From Proteromonas lacertae (Eukaryota): DNA of 63,447 bases. The stretch covers positions 62,001-125,447 of the forward strand of contig NGBS01000605.1 in NCBI GenBank assembly GCA_002245135.1, in the 5' to 3' direction. Both the position numbers and the translations under genes were made by a program. Of this stretch, positions 39,817-55,800 are shown in pieces. Each line of letters opens with the position of its first letter. Within the stretch, counting starts at the first letter, position 1. The notes under the pieces were generated by a model, which was not told the DNA's origin, did not search any database, and saw nothing but the letters and a program-made list of their open reading frames with translations.

Positions 39817-40740
39817 GATTTTTGGTTGAGTTTTTGCATTCAAGCAAGATTATTATTATATATGCAATTTACAATGAACCTTTATCATTTAGTAAATTTG
39901 GTAGAGTAGTTAAGTAATTTATGTCTTGTTCTTCATCTAGACATTTTGTAGATTGCTCAGAGAAAAAACTGTCTTCAGAGGGATTTTACAATGCATTATA
40001 CAACATTTGTGAAGAATGGACTACTAATGGTATGAAAATATTGTAATTCCTGTTAGAACATGATTTAATTGCTTGTACTGCAAACATTAGCTCCATTATA
40101 TACCAATCATACATGTATATTATTTTTTAAACCAGTAGTTCCTACAAAGGTGCAAATTGTGTAAATTGGGTTGGTTTTTATTTTGTATATAACTTATTTC
40201 TATAAAGTTAAACTAGGTTAAACCAAAATTGAGCAATAGAACTGAATCAGAATTAGTAAAATTGTTAATATATAATAAGAGTAGGTGCTAGGTCCATTTC
40301 AAGGTAAAGCTGCTGTGGTAAGGATTGATTTTAAAAATGGTGTATGTGGTGCTGCAGTCAGAGAGAATAAAACTCAAGTATTAACAAAAATAGATATATT
40401 GTAGTTGGTAAAAGATGTTCATTCATTCCCGGGTCATATAGCATGTGATAGCAATTCTAATTCTGAAGTATATTACAATTATGTCAAATTAATTAGATTG
40501 TAATTCCAATAAGAAAGACTGATATAGTTGCTGTACTTGATATGGATTCTCCCACTTTAAATTTTTTCACAGAAGTATGGATAGATATTTGTATTATTAT
40601 GATTTTAGGAAGATCAAGCAGGATTAGAAAGAATATGTCAATTGTTGGAAAATGTATTATTATATAAATGATTATATGTTGTTTTATAGAATGTTAATTG
40701 GATGAGTTTGAGATGTGAAAGTAGTATTATAAATTATTAA
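39817..40740 (+). CDS. msrC: Free methionine-R-sulfoxide reductase (GAF fold, fRMsr/MsrC-like), 9 introns, start uncertain
   Basis: Spliced NWVGFYF, LVLGPFQGK, GVCGAA, VKDVHSFPGHIACDSNSNSEIVIP, VLDMDSP. Absent from the ORF track because the exons are tiny. Confidence 0.9.
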
Positions 40741-40899
40741 AAATGTACAACTATTTATATTTTATTTATCGTATTGTATGAAGGAATTATGTTTGATTAG
40801 ATATATTTTGAACATGAATCGATTAAAAAATAATACTATGAAATGACTAAATTTTAATCGAGCCAAATCCCAACCGAAATCTTTCTAAAGTCAATTTTA

Positions 40900-43787
40900 A
40901 TGGCCACTAAGGCAATATCATATCTTTTTAACATTTTTAAAACACTTTCGATAACTTAATTACCTTAGGGCTGATATAAAGTCACAGAAAAACTCAATCT
41001 ATTGTGAAAGAAGAGAAACGTCATCTTCAGTAATATCAGTATGGCATAATCAGTATAATATTATAGGTGCAAAGTGATTCAATTAGAGATTCATTTCTAC
41101 TACCCTTTACAACAATAGTATTTTTTTTATGTTCTTATGAAATCATAGTATGAAGTTAATTCCATAACAGAGGAAAATTTTACGACATGTTTCAAGAATA
41201 TTAAACTGAAGCTGAAAGACTATGAAGAATGTCTTTCTTGTTATATAGTACAATAATATTTTTTATAAATAATAATATTTAGAATGATTTAAAATCCATA
41301 TCAGATGATATTAGTATAAATGAACAGTATAATACATACAAATCAATCACATCAAAATATCAAGATAGATTAATGTCATGCAATACATGTACTTCTAGTT
41401 CTAGTTTAGATAATTATAAATGTAGTTCACCATTAATTAGTCCAGTTACAGATCCTTTATATGAATTAAGAAAGGATTTAAATAACAAACATCTTAAGTT
41501 ATTAGATGAGTATTTATTAGAGAATGAGAAAGAGAATAAGAAAAGAAATGAAGAGATGAGAAATATACATAAAGAGAATATAAAATTACTTTCAAAACTA
41601 CAAGATCTTAAAGGGAATATATTAGTTTATACTCGAGTAAGACCATTGTTAAAAAATGAAAATAAAACTGTAATAGATAATCCAAATGTAATAGAAATAT
41701 TTAACAATAGTACAATATCAATAATTGATTCAAAGGAAGTAAAGTATTCATATAATAATATTATAATGGAAGGACCAAAAACATTTGAATATGATCGTTG
41801 TTATAATACAGAATCAACTCAAGAAGAAATATATGAAGATTTTAGACCTTTAGTTGGATCATTATTGAATGGATATAATGTTAGTATTATTGCTTATGGT
41901 CAAACAGGTTCAGGTAAAACTTACACAATGTTTGGAACAGATGAGAATAAAGGATTGAATTATCGATTATTGAATGAATTATTTGAAAATATTAATAATA
42001 ATAATAATAGTGAAATGACAGATTATGAAATACAAGTATCAATGGTAGAGATATATAATGAAAAGATCATAGATTTATTAAATACATCAACTCCATGTTT
42101 ATCTCCCAAGAGTAATAACAATATAAAGAATTTAGAAACTGATGTAAAGAAACAAACCATATTAGAGTTGAATGATTTACAGAAATTAATAAAAATGGGA
42201 AGTAAATTAAGATCGACTGCTTCTACTGAAGTAAATACTCATTCCAGTAGAAGTCACTGTATAATAACAATATACATTAAACAAACTGAAAATAGTGGTA
42301 ATATAATAAATAGTAAATTATATTTAGTAGATTTAGCTGGTAGTGAAAGAGTTAGTAAAAGTGGTGTTGAAGGAGAAAGACTAAAAGAAGCACAGAATAT
42401 CAATAAGTCACTAAGTGCATTAGGAGATGTAATATCTGCTTTAGATAATAAACAACAACATATTCCTTATCGTAATAGTAAATTGACCATGATATTGAAA
42501 GATAGTTTAAGTATAAATTCAAAAACAGTTTTATTGTTTAATATTACACCCACTTTAAATTCTTTAGGTGAGACTTTTAGCACTTTAAATTTTGCTTCAA
42601 GAGTAAAACGTATAGAATTTGGTACAATACAAAAGCAAATACAAATTCATAATAACGAAAAAGAAATTAAAGAAATAAAGAAAATTAATATTCAACTAAA
42701 GAGTCAGAATGATAAATTGATGGAGGAAATAAAGAATATGAAAAATCAAATCAAAGAATGTAACAATTCAAAGGATGATGCAAATTACAAATTATTGAAT
42801 GAATTGAATGATAAAAATGATGTTTTAATAGCATATAAAAAGAAGTTAAAGTTATTAAATGGTAATTGTATTAAGTATAAAAATGGATATGATGAAATAA
42901 TGAAGGAGAAATTGAAATTAGAACATGAAAATGATAATCAAACGAAACTAATCAAAACTCTTCAACAATGTAAAAATGAGAATGAAGTATTATATAAACA
43001 AAATGCAGAATTGAAAAAGAAATTATCCTCATTAAATAATGACAATAAATCAGAAATGAACATAAAAAGAATTATCAACAAGAAAAACAATAGTAATTTA
43101 AAATCCAAAAACAATTCATCTTCTATTCCATTACGTTCAACATCAAAGGATAATAAAACTATTAAAGCAACAACTGATAAACATAATAATCCACATGTTT
43201 TTACTTTTGATTCTACAACTACAACTAATAATATAAAATCTCCCTCATTATCACCAAACCCCACTTTTTCGAAATATTCTCCTACCGAACTGTTAAGAAG
43301 AACAGCTGTACCATCACCATCATCTCTTAGTAGAATTCAACCACCAACTCAATCAAAATTACAATCATCACAATCATTAACAGCCACAAATTATATAACA
43401 ACTGATAATATGTCAAATACTTTACCAACAACAAAAAGTGATTATTATGATATAAATAGTGACTATAAATATAGATTTGGTCAATCTTTGTTGTTTAGAA
43501 AGATTAAACCAAATAATAAAGCTCCAACTCCTTTATTTAATGATGAGAATGTGGTAAAGATTAACAACAGAAGAATTCCACCAAAATTGCCAACAAAAGA
43601 TAATAAGTCAGTTATTTTAAATGAAATTAAGAGTGATGAAAAACTGAAGTTTCATTTTGGAAATAATAAGTTCAATAAGACAGTATCACACTCATCTTTG
43701 ATGAATAAACAAAAAGCGAAATTTGAATATTTGAAAAAAGGAAGTAAAACACCACCAGTTATAATCAAGAAAATACTTAATAATTAG
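40900..43787 (+). CDS. Kinesin-14 family motor with N- and C-terminal coiled coils
   Basis: Neck LQDLKGNILVYTRVRP, GQTGSGKT, SSRSH, DLAGSER, HIPYRNSKLT. Upstream exons are traceable to ATG 40900. Confidence 0.9.
40920..40968 (+). other. Candidate U12-like intron with AT-AG termini, 49 nt
   Basis: ATATCTTTTT...AACTTAAT-TACCTTAG. Removal joins MATKAIS to ADIKSQK in frame; there is no GT between the ATG and this acceptor. Confidence 0.65.
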
Positions 43788-43880
43788 GATAGTTTTCAAA
43801 TTTTTTATAATACATGTAAATGACAAAATTGACATTTAGGCTTGTTTAAGGTTTGAAAGTCAAAATATTTTTTGTACAAC

Positions 43881-46800
43881 ATGATCATGTTGTTATTGAT
43901 GATGATTGGAGGTATTTTACGGTTATATATTTTGTATAGTACTATCTACTCCATGTACTAAGTTTGATAAAGTAATGAACCTAATTGTTGGAAAAGAAGT
44001 ACAAATATGCTCTCCCTTAGGTTTCAATCACTCATGTACCTTAGATAATGCTTTACCAGATGGTTTACATCTTCAAAATAATTGTAGAATTACTGGTTTT
44101 ACTAAATCACCATTTAAGGAAGATGTCTTTACTATTATCTTTCATTCAAATGATGAAATAGTAAAAGAAATTTCTTTCTCACTTGGTATTTATGAAAGAA
44201 TAGAAAGTTGTAGTTATGGAGTTAGTTCAGATGTTATTGTATTTCCTGAGGATGTCACATCATCATTAGTTGGTCCTAGATGTAATATTGCTGTAGATAA
44301 GTGTATTACACCCAACACATTACCAAAATTCATAATTCTTGAAGAAGATGGTTCAATCAGTGTTTCAAGAGGTATAAAATCCAATATTGACATTGATATA
44401 ATTTGTTATAATGCAGTTAGTGAATTTTCAATGAAGTTAAAGGTTATAATTTCAGGATCTTCCAAGAACATAGCTGTACAATACTTAAATTACCCATCTG
44501 AGTATGTGAAAATGAATGATGAGAATGAAATATATTTAAAACCATCATATTTAGGGAATGTAACTCAGTAGTCAATTCAACCCAAACCATCAGAATGTAT
44601 AAGATTTATAAATGGAACTATATATGTAAAGTGTATGAAGATAACAAAATCTGAAAGATTTAGAATAACAGCATCAAATGATAGAAGTGAATCATCAACT
44701 GAATTTACATATCCGAAGAAAGAGAATGAAATTAGAAATCTTCAAGAAAATTTACTAGAAGAAGTAAAATCACTTGAATATTATCATAACTATTATAATC
44801 TAACAGTTGGAATAAAATATACAATAAAACCCAAAACGAAAGGATTTTGTTCATCAATTGAGAATTTAGAAATACCAAGTGATAATGGTTTTGAAATGAA
44901 AAATGGAGAATTGATAATCAAATTAAAAAAACCAATAGATGAATTTGTTGAAGTAAAATTTCAATGTGGAATTGATGGATCTACTACAACATTGAGATTT
45001 TTGAGTAATGATGGTTATATGTTATATTCTAATTCAAAGATAAATGAAATTAGAAGTGTTTTGTATAATGATGAAGTGAAAAGTTGTGAAATATCTCCAT
45101 CATTACCATTTGGAGTTTATTTTAACCCAAATTATTGTATAATCAATGGATATTTATCCAATGTTGTAAGTGAAATGAAAGAATATAGAATAAGATATCT
45201 AGTGAAAGAAGGAGAAAGAGCTATAGAAGATGAAATACTGTTATTAGGAATTAGTTCGAATTTGATAGAATGTTCTTATGGAGTTGATGATATAATTGTT
45301 ATTCCTTCATCACAACCATTTAAAATAAACAAAGCACATTGTAATGTTCCAATTCAAAGTTGTCGATTAAAGAATGGAATATTATTTGATAATTTGATAT
45401 TGAATGAAAAGAATGGTGAATTATCAACAACAGGAATAACAAAAATTGAAAGTGAGAGAGAATTAATAATCGAATTTAGTAATTTGAGACAAACAATAGA
45501 AACAAAAATAAAAATAAAAGTTGATATTGTATGGAATCCTTATTCTAATCCAATCCAATTCTTTCACTATCCATCAAATGAGATAATGATAATAAGTGGA
45601 GTATATATTGATGAAATAAAACCTTCATTTGAAGGTAGATTAGATAGTTGTGAAATAAGTAATGGTTATGTTTTACCAAGTGGAATTGTATTAAATCCAT
45701 ATAGATGTATAATTAATGGAATATTAAATAATAAACCAGAATTTGACTATCAAACATTAATAATTAGTGGAAAAGATAGTCATAGTAAATCCTCATTTAC
45801 ACTAACAATAAGATATTATGAATCTGATGCAAGTAAAGCAAATGAAGGGTTTAGAGGATATTATTATAAAGATTATTTTGATGATACAAGATGTTGTCAG
45901 CATCATGAAATAACCAATAAAGCCATATTGAAATATGTGATGATAAAAGATCAAATCGATTATGAAGATAATTCTTATTTATGGCCTGATTTGAGTTACA
46001 ATTTCGAACAACAACATTCTTTGAATTTTTCATATATATCAAATGGTTTTGATAAAAGATTACAATGGAATGTCAGTGGTAGTTTTTGGTATAAATCACC
46101 TACTGTAGATGTAAAATCCAATTCACAATTATGTAATAGTGATTGTAGTTATAATGGAGTATATACTGCAAATCATGATACTTATGGATATGGATTTATG
46201 TATTTTGGAAGACCAAAAACATCTTCAATATTTCGAGCTGTATTTAGACATGAAGATAATAGTTATTTTAATAATACAATATATCATATTCCAATTGGAT
46301 TGTTAGAATATAATTTTACATATGCGATTTATCCATTAAATGCTCCAATTCCAATAAATATTCCAATATTCCATAAATCAACAGAATCAAGTAAATATAT
46401 ATCATTTTCAATATATCCAACATTACCAGAAGGTATATTATTTAATGATTTGAATGGTGAAATAAGTGGAAATCCATTAATTGAATCACCTTTAACATCC
46501 TATTACATAACAGCAAATTCAAAATCAGTTGATAAACTCACAACCAAAATCGAGATAGGAGTAGAAAGATATGATGATGATAAATCCTCTTTTACTTGTT
46601 TAAGTAAATCTGAATATATAGTTGGTGAAGAAATAATGATATATTGTGAAAGAATAAGTCAATCTAAATTTACATCAAATTCATTACCAAATAGTTTATT
46701 ATTAAACAAAGATGATGGAATAATTTCAGGCAAATCATTCGAACCATTAACAAATTACAAAATAAAAATATATAGATATGGCTTAAATGGAATATGTTCA

Positions 46801-49800
46801 ACTGAAATTACATTAAATATAAAATGTTCAAATTACTATTTTAGATTAGAATATAACTATATGGGTGATAAAGAAGTGACAATAAAACGTAATGAAGATA
46901 ATCATGAAATAATAGCGATGGTGTATGATAATCCAAATTTACATGTTGTAGAATATGTTGTTAATGAGAATGAAGGAAATGGAAATTATAAAATGAGTTT
47001 TAAACATTCTGGAAAATATATAATCTACAATTCAAAACATGATATATTATTTGCGAAAGAAATAGATTTAGAATCTGCTGAAATATCATTTTCTGTTGTT
47101 GGTGAAGGAAATCCAATTCTAGAATATAAGAATAATGAAATTTCATTGACTTTTGGTATAGATTTTTATATAGGTCCAAAAATAGTGAATGGATGTAACT
47201 ACTTCGAAATCGATAAAATACCGAATGGAATATCATTCAATTCATATACAGGAGTAATATATGGTTCAATTATGAATGATTTTAAAGAAGGTAATGTGAA
47301 TATAAAATGTAGAAATGAAAATGGTTATTCAAATACATTTGCATTGAAATTAAAAGCAGAAAAATGTGAAGGAATTGTTTTACTATTAACAATAAGTTTT
47401 GTTGATGAAAGAAATAATAATCTAGTAAAACTAGAATCATTAGATGGAAGTAAGATATTATTTGATAAAACAAATGTAGGTTCAACAACAGTAAGATTTT
47501 GTACTAATGAAGGAATATATAATTTATATACAAGATTCTTCAATTCAAGATCTTATGTTCGAGTGGATGTAATAGAAAGTAAATCATTTGTTGAAATAAT
47601 ATCTGGAAATAGTAAAACATCGATAATAGCCTATAGATTATATAATGAAAATAATAAATGGTATTACACTGACAATATTCAATCTGGAAATGATTGGATT
47701 ACATCTAGTGATAAAAATGGTTGGAATGAAAGAATATCCGAATCATTTGGAGATAAAAGTGAATCTTTAATAACAAGATATTACAAGAATATATTCAGTT
47801 TTACAAAATCATCAGAATTAGAAAAATATTTCAAAATCAAATTTGAATATGAAGGTGGAATAATAATATATTTAAATGGAAAAGAAATTTACAGAAATAA
47901 TATATTAGAAGAAGAATCAATAGATGGTAAAACATATGCAATAAATGATATTGGATTAAAAATGATAGATTTACCACTTCCATTATCATTATTATTATCA
48001 TCATCACCAAATATAATATCAATCGAAGTTCATAAACTGCTAAATGATAGAAGAAGGAAAGACAATTTTAGAATTGATTATCAATTTATCCAAATAAATG
48101 AATGTGTAAGTAAGCCACAATTAAAAGTAGAATCAATAAAAGCCTTTGGTAATGTGAATGGTAGAATTGGAGATTATTTATTAGAATCTGAAGAAATATC
48201 TAAATTAATAGATGATGATACATCAACTAAATTGAGTTTTAATATGAGAGAGAATAATTATATTCTGAATACTTGGATAGAAATAAGCTTCAAAGAAAAG
48301 ATATTATTTAATAATTATATTCTATCAGCTCCAAGTAGAGGATTATTAAATGGATTTCCAATCGATTGGGAATTATATGGGAAAGAAAACGAGAATGAAG
48401 AATGGATATTACTTCATAAAATAGTGAATAATGTTGAGCCAAAATATAATGAAAAATTATCATTTTATATTCCTAATAATGAAAAAGAATATAAGATATA
48501 TTTATTTAATTTTACTCGTCGAGGTGTATCTGGTGATAATTTATGTCCCGAATTTACAATTGCTGATTTTATACCTGAATTATGTAATTATGAAAAATAC
48601 TGTAAAAATACGAATATTCCAATGGGTAAAACTATAATATCAACATGTGAAGCAGGAAAAGAATCTGATTTAAAAACTGATATATCAGAGCCAGCTCGAA
48701 TTTATACAAGTTGTATAAATGATATAGGAAATGCGGTTGTTGATATACCAACAGGAACAAGTTGTTCATTAAAAAGATATTGGTTTGGCTGTTCATCTGA
48801 TTTAATCGAATTGAAAATTGATGAAGAAATTAATAAGCAAGTATGTTTTATTATAATAAATGGTGAATTTACACTTTCATCTCAACCAAAATTACCAGAA
48901 AGATTAAGAATTGATAAAAATGGAAATCTGAATGGTATTGCAAAAGTTATTGAAAAGAATCAGTATTTAATTACACTTAAATCAACTAATAACTATGCTT
49001 CAAATAGTATTACTAAAAAATCATCACTAGATATAAAAATATCAGGGTTTTGTAAAAAAGAAAATGGTTGGTTAGAAACTGAAGTTGGTCATGAAGCAAT
49101 ATTAAATTGTGATATTGGAAATGAAAATGAATTGATGAGAAGAAAATGTTTATATGATGTAGAGAATAAAATTGCAAAATGGTCAGATTATATAGATAAA
49201 TCTGATTGTTATATTGAAGATATATATTTATCTACATATCCAAATATAATAAAAACATATGAATTTGAGAAGGAAATATTATCAATTTCACCTGAATCAG
49301 AATATATAACCATAAATGATAGACTACTTACAATTAATAGTAGTAATGTAATAGTTAAAAAATATAAAGTTCAATTAAGTGATTCAATAATACATGATGT
49401 ATATGTGAGTGTAATAAGAGATGTAGGTAAATGTAGTTATGGTGTTGATTATATAAGAATATATCCAATTGAAATAGATTTAGAATTAAGATGTGATAAC
49501 AAACCATCCTATTTATTAGTAGAAAATCTACCAAGTGGATTGAATGTAAATAAAGATGGTCGAATTATTGGAATGATAGAAGAACCAACTGAATATGAAG
49601 AATATAAAACAATAATAACCTATATAATCGATAAGAAATATCGATTAGAATTAAATTGGTATAAAAAGACAAGAGAAATGTCAAACGGTTTAGAGTTTAT
49701 AAATTTTGCTGAATCTAATCAAGATGGAATGAGTGATTATGGTTATACATTTTACAATATTAAATTGAAAAATATTTGGACAAGGTTTGAAAATAAAACA

Positions 49801-52800
49801 TATAAAATACAAGAGAAGCAGATAATTACATCATCAAATATTACAATATCAAATGGATATTCTTCATGTTTAACTAATTGGTGGAATCCTTGTCAATATG
49901 GAATAGCTAGAATGAGAGGATATATAAAAATAGATGAAGATGGAGAATATACATTTTCAGGTATATCCAATGATAGACAAAAATTTACATTAATTAATTT
50001 TGAAGATGAATTATATAATACAAAAAACTATCATGATATTGGAACTTATAGAGTTACATTGAAAAAAGGATATTATCCAATTGGTTATTTAACATATTAT
50101 GGTTCAGGTGATAATGATTTTCAAGCTTTTATTCAAAAGACAGGAGAAATAAAAACCAAATTAGATGATAAAATATATAACGGTGGTTTTCTACTCACAC
50201 ATTTATCATATGGAGATAGAACATTCTTTTATGAATATAGAATTAATCGAACAATAATTCCAACATATATAGGATATCCATCTGAATGGGAAATGATTCC
50301 TCAAATAGCTGGATTATCAATTCGATTAGATGGAGCAATAGTAGGAGTTCCAACAGAATGTGATAATCAATTCCAATCAATTGAAATCAAATCAAATGGC
50401 TTAATCGATATATCAAAATATTCATTCCAAATAATATGTATTACAAATGATAATATGAATAAAGATAATGGTTTGATAGTGAAATATTATTATTTACAGA
50501 ATGTTGACATAAACAATCCAATTGATATATCATCACTTAATAAAGAAAATTTAATAATAGAAAGAATTGAAGAAAATATATATCATGATGAAAATGAAGA
50601 AATATGGAATGATTTACCAGTTGAATTAGATTATTCATTTATAGCTGAATATAATGGATATATTCATATTGATTCTTCACTGAGTGGAAATGTGAGAATA
50701 TCATTAGAATGTTATGATTCATGTAAATTGAGATTATTAGATATGACAATAGACTGTATTGGTTCTGGTTATCACAAACAATCCACAAATGTAAATTTGA
50801 ATGAAGGTAATTATGAAATAGAAATAATATATGTAAAAGGTAATAATGATAAAACGAAACTATTAAAAGTGTATTATTCTAAAGAAGGTTTAAATGATAT
50901 GATAATAGCTGAATCATTATATTTCTTTAATCCAAAATATCCGTTGTTATATAATCCAATGAAAAGCAAATATTATGAAAAGAGTGAAATATTAATTAAT
51001 TCTCCAATGAAATCTACAACATTCAATAAAGATATAACGAATTGTCGATATTCCATAACTCCTTCTCTTCCTATTGGTTTATTATTAAATGATAATGATG
51101 GATCAATAAGTGGCAGTTCTGAAATGATTGATGATAATCGAAATTATACAATAAGATTAGAATTAAATGATGGAAGTCATTATTATTCTTCATTATCATT
51201 ATCATTTTTAGCTAAAAATGAACCAATGATTGAATATTCTAGTTATTCAATAGTGAGTGAAATAGGTGAATATATCAATATATCTTCAACCAAAATGAAA
51301 TGTGATTATATAAATGCGATTGGTTTACCAAATGGTATAATCATGAATGAAGATGGAATAATTAGTGGAATATCTATAAATGAATTTGAGAAGGATATTG
51401 AAATTGATTGTTATACATATAAAAAGAAGAGTATAACTATTCATATGAATATAAATAATTGTGAGAATGGGAAAGGATATTTCGAATTTCGATATTTGAT
51501 ATATTCCAATCCTGATTTAATCAGTTTCAAAATCAGTTCAATAAATAATGAAGAAAATATAATATTTGAAAATCCAAATGATACATTATTAGATATTGAT
51601 AAAGAATATTCATACTATAAATGTGTTGAATATGGAAAATATAAACTAGATGTGAAAACCGAATCATTGAAAGGTGGTTTATATAAAATCTTATATGAAA
51701 ATGGAAATCTATATGAAATGAGAGAATTTCAATTTGATATTTCAACAGAATTTGTAATAAAAGAGAAATATGACAAACCAATAATTCATTATGGAGATGA
51801 TAATATATTAAAATTTAATGAGTATGAAAAATCCATATATGCAGATAATATAGAAAATGGTTTTAATATGATAAACATAATTGATGGAAATTTACCAAAT
51901 ACAATTCATTTAGATATTAAAACAGGAATATTTTCAGGAAGTTTATCATCTGATTTTGTTGAAATGAATTTGAGACTAGAAATAAGAAATACCTTTAATA
52001 TAGAAAGTAATGAGATTGATATAATTTTAAGATATGAAAAATGTGAAATGGAAGTAAATATGACACTCTATATTTATGAATATGAAATATTTAATAATAT
52101 CTTATGCGAGTTTTATAAAGATCATTATAAATATGAATTATTTCCATCAATAAAGAATGGAATTCAATCTAAATCAATGTGTTTAGAAGAAGGAAACTAT
52201 ATAGTAAAATTGGGAAGAAATGATGGAAGTAGAAATGTATGGCAATTTAGTGAATTTGTAATAAATGTAATTGATGGTGGTGATATATTTCGAGATTATT
52301 ATCGAGGAGGAGATGTAAGTGTGAATGTGGTGAATATAAATTTGAAGAATTATTTTAAGAATAATGATGAATTTAAATACAGTGATGACAATCCTTTGAA
52401 TTGTGATTGGTTAAAAGGCAAATCATTAGAAAACTGGAAAGATGTAGATGATTCAATAAAATCCTTATCTGGAATAACCAAAAGATATTATTTAAAGAAA
52501 TTCGAATTTAGAGAATCAACATTAGATTTAACCTCATTTTATATAAGAATGAAATATTTTGGAAAAGTAGTGATGTATATGAATGGAATAGAATTCTATG
52601 AAACAAATGAAAATTATGCAAGTCCATTATCAATAGAAGAAGTAGAATACTATAAGATAAGTGGTTCAATCAGTTTATTAGAAAGAAACAGTCCAAACTA
52701 TTTAGGAATAATATTAGAAAATGTTAAAAATTACAATGGTAATGACATAATGGAATTAAAAGATATGATATTAATATCTGGAATAAATTCTTGTAGTTAT

Positions 52801-55800
52801 TCGATATATGAAGATTATAAAGATGACTATGTTTATGAAAATATTCCCAGTCTTGATGATGGTGAGTGGTATGAAAGAATATATAATGTTTTTAAACATT
52901 TACGAGATGGATCAAAAGCTACATGGTTATATTATAATGAAAATCAATTAATTGAATTTGGAATGAAATTTTCAAATTTTGAATCAAAATGGTTTAATGG
53001 AATATTAATTAAAACAGGTACACAATATGGCCGTTATGCAATAGATTGGAAATTAAATGGAAGAATAGATTCAACCAATTTAAGAACATTAATTGATAGA
53101 AATGGAGATAATCAAGATACATTTCCTTATCAATATAACTCATTATTATTTTCATCTGAGAATAATAATGATGAATATATGAGTTATAATGGAATAGAAT
53201 TAAGTATAAGTAAACATGGAAATTTTGGTTTTGAAACAACACAAATATCTCCATTGATTTGTCAAAATTCTTGTTTCAAAGATGGGGAATGGAATTCAGC
53301 TCCAAAAGGAGAGATTAGTTATTTTTTATGTGAAAGAAACCAAGCTGGTTTAAGAACAAGAAGATGTGGTTATAATTTAGAGTGGGAAAATGAAGTTAAT
53401 GAATGTAAAGATGCTTTATTGAATTTAGAGTCTGAATGGGATTATTCCAATAATATTCTTTCTTCCATTTGGACTGATTTAAATTACTATGATGATGATA
53501 TGAAATGGTATAAATATAAAGTAAATGAATTTCCAATAAAAACATCAATAACAACATATTACAAAAATAATTTTATAATTGATAATGATTTAAATAAAGT
53601 TGGTAATCCTGAAATATATACAATATATAAAAACGGAATAATAATCTATATAAATGATAAAGAAATTTATCGAAATAATATGCCTAATGGTACTGTAAAT
53701 GGAGAGACATATGGATTAGATTCATTTGATAAGATAATATATGAAAGAATGTTAATACCATTAAAAGTAATTCAAAGTGGTTTAAATACAATAAAAGTCG
53801 AAATTCACAAATCGAAGAATAGTACCAAAAATCAAATAGATTCTTTTATATTAACAATATCAAAAACTAAGCCAAGTATGTCGATAACAATTTGTCCAAG
53901 TAAATTATCATTTCGATCAATGTTTGAAGGAGGTGAATATTATGAAAATTGTGAAGGAAATAGAATTGGTAGAAAAGTCTCAATCTGTCAAAGTAATGGT
54001 GAATGGAGTGAGTTTAATACTGACAATTGTAAAGAATCGTTGATAAATATGAATAGTTTATGGGAATATTCGAATAACAATGAAGAAGAAAATAATTGGA
54101 ATAATGAATTTAAGAATAAATGGTTAGAATATAAATTCAAAGAATTTCCAATAAAAACAAGTATAACAACATATTACCGAAAGATATTTACAATATCTGA
54201 ATCAATGAGTGATATTGGTAATGTTGAATTAAGAATCAGATACAAAGATGGAATAATAATATATATAAATGGAAAAGAAATATTCAAACGAAATATGAGA
54301 GATGGTAATATTTTATATAATACAAAAGCAATAAAATCCTTTGAAGGATTAGTTGAAGAAAGAATCTCAATTTCTATGAAATTAATAATAAAAGGAATGA
54401 ATTATATAGGAATAGAAATTCATAAATCTAAGAATAGTTTATCATCTCAAAAAGATACATTTTATGTATCGTTAATCAAAACAGAAAAATTATCATCAAG
54501 TGTATTAATAACTGCCAAAGATGATTATGATTATATATTACAACCAAATGATCCAGAAACTTTTATATATGAGATTGGAAAAGAATTTGAAAATATAAAT
54601 ATTATTACATCTTTTTATAATGATTTCAATTTCAGTAGTGTATTTCCTTTATCAATAATATTTACATTTAAGAATCATGAATCAAGATATTTCAATGAAT
54701 TTAAGATAAGTGGATGTAGTCTTAATATTAATTCTCATCCAAAACACATTCGAATCTATGGATCAACAGATAGTGATAATCCAAATTGGGAATTATTATA
54801 TGAAAATTTCGATTTAGGATTAACAGAGTATGATATTGATTTAAATAGTTGTAGAACAATCTTTTCATATCCATTACAAGTTATAAAATCATATGAATCA
54901 ATAAAATTTGAAATAATTGAAACAAATAGTTGGAACAATATGATTGAATTCAGATTACTGTCGTTTAATTATAATCCTAATATTGAAATATATATAAACA
55001 ATAGATGGGAATATTCTGATATTAAACCCAAAATGAATAACTGGTATTTGAATTTCGAAGATAAAGAAAATTGGATAGAAAGTAATACATTTCCATCAAA
55101 ATCAGTAATAACAAGATATTATCGAAATATTTTCGAAATATTAAAACTAGAAGATAATGGTCCTCCATTAATTTCGATGAGATATAATGATGGAATAATA
55201 ATATATATAAATGGCAAAGAAATATTTAGAAGAAATCTTGCTCATGATGAAATATCATCAAGTACAACAGCTATAAAAAATGAAATAAGAACTGAAGAAA
55301 TATCAATTCCTTTAACAGTAATTCAAGAAGGTGTTAATTATATAGGAATAGAAATTCATTGTTATTCATCAAATCCTTCTTCCAATGAAATAGATTTATT
55401 TTCATTTTTCTTATATTCAACTACTGCAATTACCAATTCTACTCAAATATCTAAATATGATAATGTTGATGTATATATGGAAGTTCCTGGAATTGACAGA
55501 CCAACTATCAATAGAGGTAGTACATATAATGATACAAATGGTTTGAGACATATGTTTGAGTTTTATGATGATAGAATAGGGATTTATTTATCACCAAAAG
55601 GTTTGCAATCATATTGGTTTCCATTCAATTTTATTTTTTCATTTAAAGATAGAAAACCTCGTTATTTCAATGAAATAGATTTTGCTGGTTGTACAAATCA
55701 ACCTAAATGTCATCCGAAATCAATAAAAATATATGGATCTATCGACAATAAAAATATAGATTGGGAAGAATTATATTCAAATGAGGATATAGGTTTTTAT

